From a virus (lineage: Duplodnaviria > Caudoviricetes): 64,000 bases of DNA. Below, in pieces: positions 58,844-64,000 of this stretch (its first letter is position 1; every line of letters starts with the position of its first letter). The DNA lies in the IMG/VR virus record IMGVR_UViG_3300028591_000074, positions 1 through 64,000 of that record; one strand, given 5' to 3'. Position numbers and translations under genes: made by a program. The notes below the pieces were generated by a model, which worked only from the letters and a program-made list of their open reading frames with translations, was not told the origin of the DNA and searched no databases.

Positions 58844-58893
58844 TTGACACAAATAGTATCTTGTACTATACTGACAGTAGTACAAGATACTAT
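58844..58893 (+). promoter_or_regulatory. sigma-A promoter overlapped by two NrtR-type operators
   Basis: TTGACA-17-TATACT; ATAGT-N7-ACTAT and GTAGT-N7-ACTAT. Confidence 0.8.
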
Positions 58894-58915
58894 TTTTAAG
58901 TTAAGGAGCAGTCAA

Positions 58916-59674
58916 ATGAATAATTACAAGTATTCTTCGGAAGAAGAAAAGCATTATCTTGAATCTTATGATGTGTCACAATATGAAAGACCATCTGTAA
59001 CAACAGATATTGTTATCTTCACCCTGGATAAAGATGATGATCTAAATATTCTACTGATAAAACGTGGATGTCACCCATATAAAAATCATTGGGCGATACC
59101 GGGTGGATTTCTAGAGGTGGGTAAGGAATCGTTGGATGATGCAGCTGCACGGGAACTGAAAGAGGAAACAAACATTGATAATGTATACCTAAAGCAATTA
59201 TATACATTTGGTGAACCAAATCGTGATCCAAGAACTACTGTAGTTTCTGTAGCATACACAGCATTAGTTCCAAAAGAATCATTAAATGTAAAGGCAGGAG
59301 ATGATGCGGAAGATGCACAACTGTTTAAGATTAAATATGATGTAAATGGAATTATCTTCTGCAATGATTCAATCAATATCACAGAAAATGATCTCGCATT
59401 TGACCATAATGAAATTATCCGAACCGCTATCACAAGACTCAGAAACCGTATTGATTATGAGGATGATGCGTTCAACCTACTTAAAGATAAAAGTTCATTC
59501 ACCATATCAGAACTCAAGCGGATTTATGATTCAATCAAGAATACTACATTAGATCTACCGAATTTCAGAAAGATGTTTTTAAGAGAATATGTTAAAACAA
59601 AAAAAGTAGTTGAATTAGATAAGACTATACTATCAAGAGGTTTACCTACTAAAACATACAAGTATGAGGGTTGA
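58916..59674 (+). CDS. nrtR: NrtR Nudix-related transcriptional regulator
   Basis: Nudix box AARELKEET, RDPR, LAFDH, C-terminal wHTH NFRK. Confidence 0.88.
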   Translation: MNNYKYSSEEEKHYLESYDVSQYERPSVTTDIVIFTLDKDDDLNILLIKRGCHPYKNHWAIPGGFLEVGKESLDDAAARELKEETNIDNVYLKQLYTFGEPNRDPRTTVVSVAYTALVPKESLNVKAGDDAEDAQLFKIKYDVNGIIFCNDSINITENDLAFDHNEIIRTAITRLRNRIDYEDDAFNLLKDKSSFTISELKRIYDSIKNTTLDLPNFRKMFLREYVKTKKVVELDKTILSRGLPTKTYKYEG

Positions 59675-59677
59675 ATT

Positions 59678-60205
59678 ATGAATGCATTAAATGAAAAAAC
59701 AGCTAAAACAGAAAAGGTCATACATATTATGGTTACTTCATTATGTAATAGGAATTGTAAACATTGTTGTAATAAGCAATATAGTTTAAATGATATTCCC
59801 TATGTAACAGATGAAGAACTTAAAAATGCACATACAATTTGTTTGACAGGTGGGGAACCATTTTTATATGCTGAACCTGCTTCTATTGCTGAATATTACA
59901 AAAGACATTATAAAAATGTCAAAAATATTTATGTATATACTAATGCAAAGGAATTAGCTGATTATTTGAAGAATGATCATTTGATGAATTATATTGATGG
60001 TGTCAATGTTTCTATCAAAACAAAGGCAGATTTAATTGCATTTGATAATATAGTAAAGGATGAACAAATCAATAGAATGACAAGTAATTTGTTATATGTA
60101 TTCAATGATTTACTGCCAGAAAATAAGGGTAATTTTACAGTAGTTAATAGAGAATGGCAAAAGGATTTTAAACCTGCTGATGATAGTATTTTTAGAAGAA
60201 TTTAA
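59678..60205 (+). CDS. radical SAM protein
   Basis: CNRNCKHC, TGGEP. Confidence 0.85.
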   Translation: MNALNEKTAKTEKVIHIMVTSLCNRNCKHCCNKQYSLNDIPYVTDEELKNAHTICLTGGEPFLYAEPASIAEYYKRHYKNVKNIYVYTNAKELADYLKNDHLMNYIDGVNVSIKTKADLIAFDNIVKDEQINRMTSNLLYVFNDLLPENKGNFTVVNREWQKDFKPADDSIFRRI

Positions 60206-60207
60206 AG

Positions 60208-60702
60208 GTGGTGATATTATTGATTGTAGGATTTTATGGCGGTAAGTTTTTACCAATGCACAAAGGACATCTATATTGCATTGATACCGCTGCTAGACAA
60301 TGTGATCATGTAGTAGTCATCATGTTTATCAATGGGGATGATGAACTTAGGATCATGAAAACAAATCACAGTGAAGAACTTAGTATAGAATCACGGACAA
60401 AACAGGTACAAAGAGTTTGTACACTTTACAACAATGTAGAGTTCCATATTGTAGATGTTATGGATCTAAAGAATCCTGATGGCACAGAAGATTGGGATGC
60501 GGAAACCCCATTAGTTAGAAAATATGTACCTAAAATGGACTATGTATTTTCAAGTGAACCACAATATGGCGAATACTTCAAAAGGGCGTATCCAGAAGCA
60601 ACCCATATAATTGTGGATGCAGAAAGAAAAACATATCCAATCAGTAGCACGATGATTAGAGCGATGAAATTAGTAAAGGAGAAAGAATTATGGATGGTAT
60701 GA
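60208..60702 (+). CDS. NadR-type NMN/NaMN adenylyltransferase domain
   Basis: GGKFLPMHKGH, SSEPQY, ISSTMIR. Confidence 0.8.
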   Translation: MVILLIVGFYGGKFLPMHKGHLYCIDTAARQCDHVVVIMFINGDDELRIMKTNHSEELSIESRTKQVQRVCTLYNNVEFHIVDVMDLKNPDGTEDWDAETPLVRKYVPKMDYVFSSEPQYGEYFKRAYPEATHIIVDAERKTYPISSTMIRAMKLVKEKELWMV

Positions 60703-61490
60703 TGAAAACGATGAATGATGTTGTAGTTACTGAAGAACCGAGTTTTATCGGAAAGATTGGAAAAGCATTTAAAAGTCTGAAGTGGTATGAAATTCTAATG
60801 TGCATAGTGATGCTTGGAATCTCCATCTACTATGCGATTCAACCTCAGGAAGGAACCCCACAATGGCTTGCAATTATCAATTTCATTTCCGGTCTTTGCG
60901 GAATTATCTGTGTATTCTTTTGTGCAAAGGCAAACCGAATGAACTTCCCATTTGCAGTAATCAATACAACTGTGTTTATGATTTATCTTGCATACTTTGG
61001 TATTTGGGCAACCTTTTGGCTGGAAGCAATTGTATATTTCCCAATGAATATAATTTCTTGGGTGAACTGGTACAAGCACAAAGATGAGGAAGATAAACTT
61101 CTGGCGAAATCTAAGAAACTTACCATAGTGCAAAATATACTTGTTACACTAATTATTGTTGCAGTAACAGTATTCGTACACTTTGTACTTCAGTTTCTTG
61201 CTGGAGATACTTGGATGAAGTTTGCAACACAGTTTGGCTGGAATGTAGAAGTTATGAAGTGGCTTGATTCTGCAATCTTCGCAATCGGTGTTGTAGCGGT
61301 AGTTCTTGAAGCACTCAGATACAAAGAACAGTATGTATGGTGGATCATTACAGATGTAATTGCAGTAGCACAGTATGCTATCAAAAAAGATCCTGTATAT
61401 GTAACTAAAAAGGGAATCTATCTGATTGAAGCCGTTATTGGTATCAAGAATTGGCACAAGCTGTCTAAAAAGAATGAAACTAATGAATAA
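60690..61490 (+). CDS. pnuC: PnuC nicotinamide riboside transporter
   Basis: multi-TM; LD...EQY..W...D pattern. Confidence 0.82.
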   Translation: MDGMMKTMNDVVVTEEPSFIGKIGKAFKSLKWYEILMCIVMLGISIYYAIQPQEGTPQWLAIINFISGLCGIICVFFCAKANRMNFPFAVINTTVFMIYLAYFGIWATFWLEAIVYFPMNIISWVNWYKHKDEEDKLLAKSKKLTIVQNILVTLIIVAVTVFVHFVLQFLAGDTWMKFATQFGWNVEVMKWLDSAIFAIGVVAVVLEALRYKEQYVWWIITDVIAVAQYAIKKDPVYVTKKGIYLIEAVIGIKNWHKLSKKNETNE

Positions 61491-61503
61491 GGAATCTTAG
61501 AAT

Positions 61504-62031
61504 ATGGCTAACTTCTATTTAATATGTGGCATTAGTGGCGGTGGTAAAACTGTATTAAGCCATAAAATAAATGAACTAAATCCAAATATAAAAATATATG
61601 ATGTGGATGAATATTATGCAAAAATAAATGGAGATGAATGTATCCACGAAAACTTCTTTGACGTATGGATAACATTGTGGAGAGATTTGCATAATAGTGA
61701 ATTGAATGGTGAAGATGTGCTACTTACGACTAATGCACTTATAGTTAGTCAAAGACGACAATTTATTGAATGGTTTCCGACATTTAATCATCATTTGGTT
61801 TGGGTGACTGCCCCAAAGGAAAAGTGTTTTGAGGGTAATAGAAATCGTAAAAGGAAAGTGCCGGAAGAAAAACTTATTAAGGATTGGGAACAAATGGAAT
61901 TCCCAAATGCACATGAATCTGGATGGGATACAATATGTCAGATTACAAATTGTTGGGATGGTGAAAACTACATCATCTTTAATCTAAAAGGTAATATAGA
62001 AGATTTAATTAAAATACATAAAGGAGTGTGA
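61504..62031 (+). CDS. P-loop kinase (AAA_33-like)
   Basis: GISGGGKT, RNRKRKVP. Confidence 0.75.
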   Translation: MANFYLICGISGGGKTVLSHKINELNPNIKIYDVDEYYAKINGDECIHENFFDVWITLWRDLHNSELNGEDVLLTTNALIVSQRRQFIEWFPTFNHHLVWVTAPKEKCFEGNRNRKRKVPEEKLIKDWEQMEFPNAHESGWDTICQITNCWDGENYIIFNLKGNIEDLIKIHKGV

Positions 62032-62035
62032 TTTT

Positions 62036-62548
62036 ATGAAGAAATTGCTGATTGTAGTAGATATGCAGAATGATTTTATTGATGGAGTGCTTGGTACACC
62101 GGAAGCACAGAAGATTGTACCAGAGGTTGATAAATATATTAAGATTTTTAATGGTGACGTAGTATTTACACAAGATACACATTTTGATGATTATATGACT
62201 ACACAAGAGGGTAAAAATCTTCCTGTAAAACATTGTATTAAAGGTTCTGATGGTTGGAAGATTACTGATAAGATTTATATGCCTGTTGATAGTGAAGTAT
62301 TTGAAAAATACACCTTTGGAAGTACAGATTTGGGTAATTTTATCAAACTGAATACTAACTATTATGATGAGGTATATATTTGTGGAGTATGCACTGATAT
62401 TTGTGTAATTAGTAATGCTTTATTGATTAAATCATTTTGCCCCGAAATGCCGATTAAAGTTATTGAAAGATTATGCGCAGGTGTTACTGTGGAATCTCAC
62501 AATAATGCTATTAATGCTATGAAAATGTGTCAAATTGAAGTGATATGA
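62036..62548 (+). CDS. pncA: nicotinamidase
   Basis: VVDMQNDF, D.H, HC, K..F, GVCTDICV. Confidence 0.88.
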   Translation: MKKLLIVVDMQNDFIDGVLGTPEAQKIVPEVDKYIKIFNGDVVFTQDTHFDDYMTTQEGKNLPVKHCIKGSDGWKITDKIYMPVDSEVFEKYTFGSTDLGNFIKLNTNYYDEVYICGVCTDICVISNALLIKSFCPEMPIKVIERLCAGVTVESHNNAINAMKMCQIEVI

Positions 62549-63051
62549 AAATAGGAATTGTATTCGGATGTTTTATTCCGTTACACTCCGGTCATGTGAG
62601 TTTAATTAACCGATCTTTATCGGAAAATGATAAAACAATTATTGGAGTATGCGGAAAGGACACAGACAGGGGCAAGGACTTTATCCCATTCAGAGTAAGA
62701 TTAAAACTCATGCGGCAGAAGTATCAAAATGATAATATCGTTGTAGTGCCTATAGATGATGAGAAACTTAAACTGGATGGAACATTCACACATGACAATT
62801 GGGTTAAATGGGGAAATGAATTATTTCAAAATGCAAATATTGACCCATTTGATCCGAATGTAGAATTCACTTGGTACACAGGTGAACCAAGTTACAAAGA
62901 AAAACTTGGAAACATCTATCAGAAACATAAAATCGTTCTTATAGATAGAAATATCAACACTGTATCAGGAACAAAAATAAGGAATAATGTAGAAATGTAT
63001 AAGGACGAAATTGACAAAGATTTTTTAGATTATATTAGAGGGACAAAATAA
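62545..63051 (+). CDS. second cytidylyltransferase-family adenylyltransferase
   Basis: FGCFIPLHSGH, VSGTKIR. Confidence 0.78.
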   Translation: MKIGIVFGCFIPLHSGHVSLINRSLSENDKTIIGVCGKDTDRGKDFIPFRVRLKLMRQKYQNDNIVVVPIDDEKLKLDGTFTHDNWVKWGNELFQNANIDPFDPNVEFTWYTGEPSYKEKLGNIYQKHKIVLIDRNINTVSGTKIRNNVEMYKDEIDKDFLDYIRGTK

Positions 63052-63067
63052 TGAAAGGAGGATTTAA

Positions 63068-63847
63068 TTGAAATACGCAATATATGTCATAAAGAATGAC
63101 ATAAATAATAAATGCTATATTGGGCAACATATTGTCAAAAACGAAAGTGCACGAGCATATATGGGTAAAGGTATTGGAATACAGGAAGCCTACAAAACTT
63201 ATGGAAGACATCACTTTTACAAAGAACTATTAGAAATTATTGAAGATAATACAGAAAATCGAGTAATAGCATCTGAACGAGAAAAGTATTGGATTAATAC
63301 GTTGAACACACTTGAACCTAATGGATATAATAGACACCCTGGCGGTATTGGTGGATGTACTAAGAAATCCGGACAAAAAGGTGCAAGAACTCGAAAATTA
63401 AATGGGTATAAACATACACAACAAACAAAAACTAAAATAAGCAATAGCAATAAAGGAAAAACCTTGTCAAAAGATCACAAAAAACATCTATCTGAGAACC
63501 ATCATTTAATCAAAACTTGGATTTTAGTACATGAAAATGGTACTGAAACTACATATACTGGAAGTTTACATGCGTTAATTAGACAGGAAAATTTGGGATC
63601 GTTTAATTCTATAATACGACATTCGTATAAGAAAGAATTTGTTAATGGCATATACATCAAAGATATACGCAAAGAAGATTATGCTATATTACGAAACCAT
63701 AATAGTTCTAAATCAACATTGAGTTGTTATGATCCGATACTTTGTGAAATTTGTACATATAAAAATTTATATCAAAGAAAACGAAGAAACAAGGAGCTCT
63801 ATAAGGATGTAATAGTGGATAAACAAATTATTAAGGAGGATAAATAA
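63068..63847 (+). CDS. GIY-YIG homing endonuclease with NUMOD3
   Basis: AIY...YIGQ...E..WI...GYN; HTQQTKTKIS. Confidence 0.85.
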   Translation: MKYAIYVIKNDINNKCYIGQHIVKNESARAYMGKGIGIQEAYKTYGRHHFYKELLEIIEDNTENRVIASEREKYWINTLNTLEPNGYNRHPGGIGGCTKKSGQKGARTRKLNGYKHTQQTKTKISNSNKGKTLSKDHKKHLSENHHLIKTWILVHENGTETTYTGSLHALIRQENLGSFNSIIRHSYKKEFVNGIYIKDIRKEDYAILRNHNSSKSTLSCYDPILCEICTYKNLYQRKRRNKELYKDVIVDKQIIKEDK

Positions 63848-64000
63848 TGAAATTTAACAGAATTATCAACAATCTATTAACTCAAGATTTATATAAATTT
63901 TCAATGACTCAGGCAATCTATCATCAGTTCCCGGCATATAAAACCACATGGACGTTTAAGTGCCGTAATACAGATGTAAAATTTACACCAGAAATGGTTG
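63847..64000 (+). CDS. pncB: nicotinate phosphoribosyltransferase (5' part)
   Basis: IINNLLTQDLYKFSM.Q...FKCRN; AAGGAGG SD. Confidence 0.85.
   Translation, partial: MKFNRIINNLLTQDLYKFSMTQAIYHQFPAYKTTWTFKCRNTDVKFTPEMV

Noticed and set aside
58844-58915. ORF-track TTG start for nrtR
   Set aside because: That TTG is the -35 box; ATG 58916 follows an AAGGAG SD.
1529-63450. Many short antisense or alternate-frame ORFs inside long genes
   Set aside because: Shadow ORFs with no SD or motifs, opposite well-supported genes.

Overview
Segment of a large AT-rich (~35% GC) contractile-tailed phage genome, probably infecting an anaerobic Firmicute (sigma-A type promoters, strong SD sites). 1-56.4 kb is on the minus strand: small acidic proteins and proteins sharing an N-terminal MK(R/L/K)Y(I/V)(R/K) motif; a tRNA-repair cluster (Thg1, nucleotidyltransferase, Pnkp-like kinase/phosphatase/ligase); a 26-tRNA array covering all 20 amino acids with a GOLLD-like large ncRNA; morphogenesis genes (tail sheath, neck, portal, terminase); and a replication module (DNA methylase, clamp loader, resolvase, IscB+omegaRNA insertion, RecA, Cas4-like nuclease, beta clamp, intein-containing PolA, SSB, sigma-like protein, primase, helicase, loader). 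From 56.9 kb genes switch to the plus strand: HNH, AcrVA2-like protein and an NrtR-controlled NAD salvage operon. Main discovery: the tRNA array is split into three blocks, each preceded by a short leader ORF plus alternative antiterminator/terminator hairpins, and each leader peptide is built from the amino acids whose tRNAs lie in the block directly downstream. This looks like ribosome-mediated attenuation that senses depletion of specific host tRNAs and switches on the matching phage tRNAs. All calls are by eye from motifs; no database searches were run.
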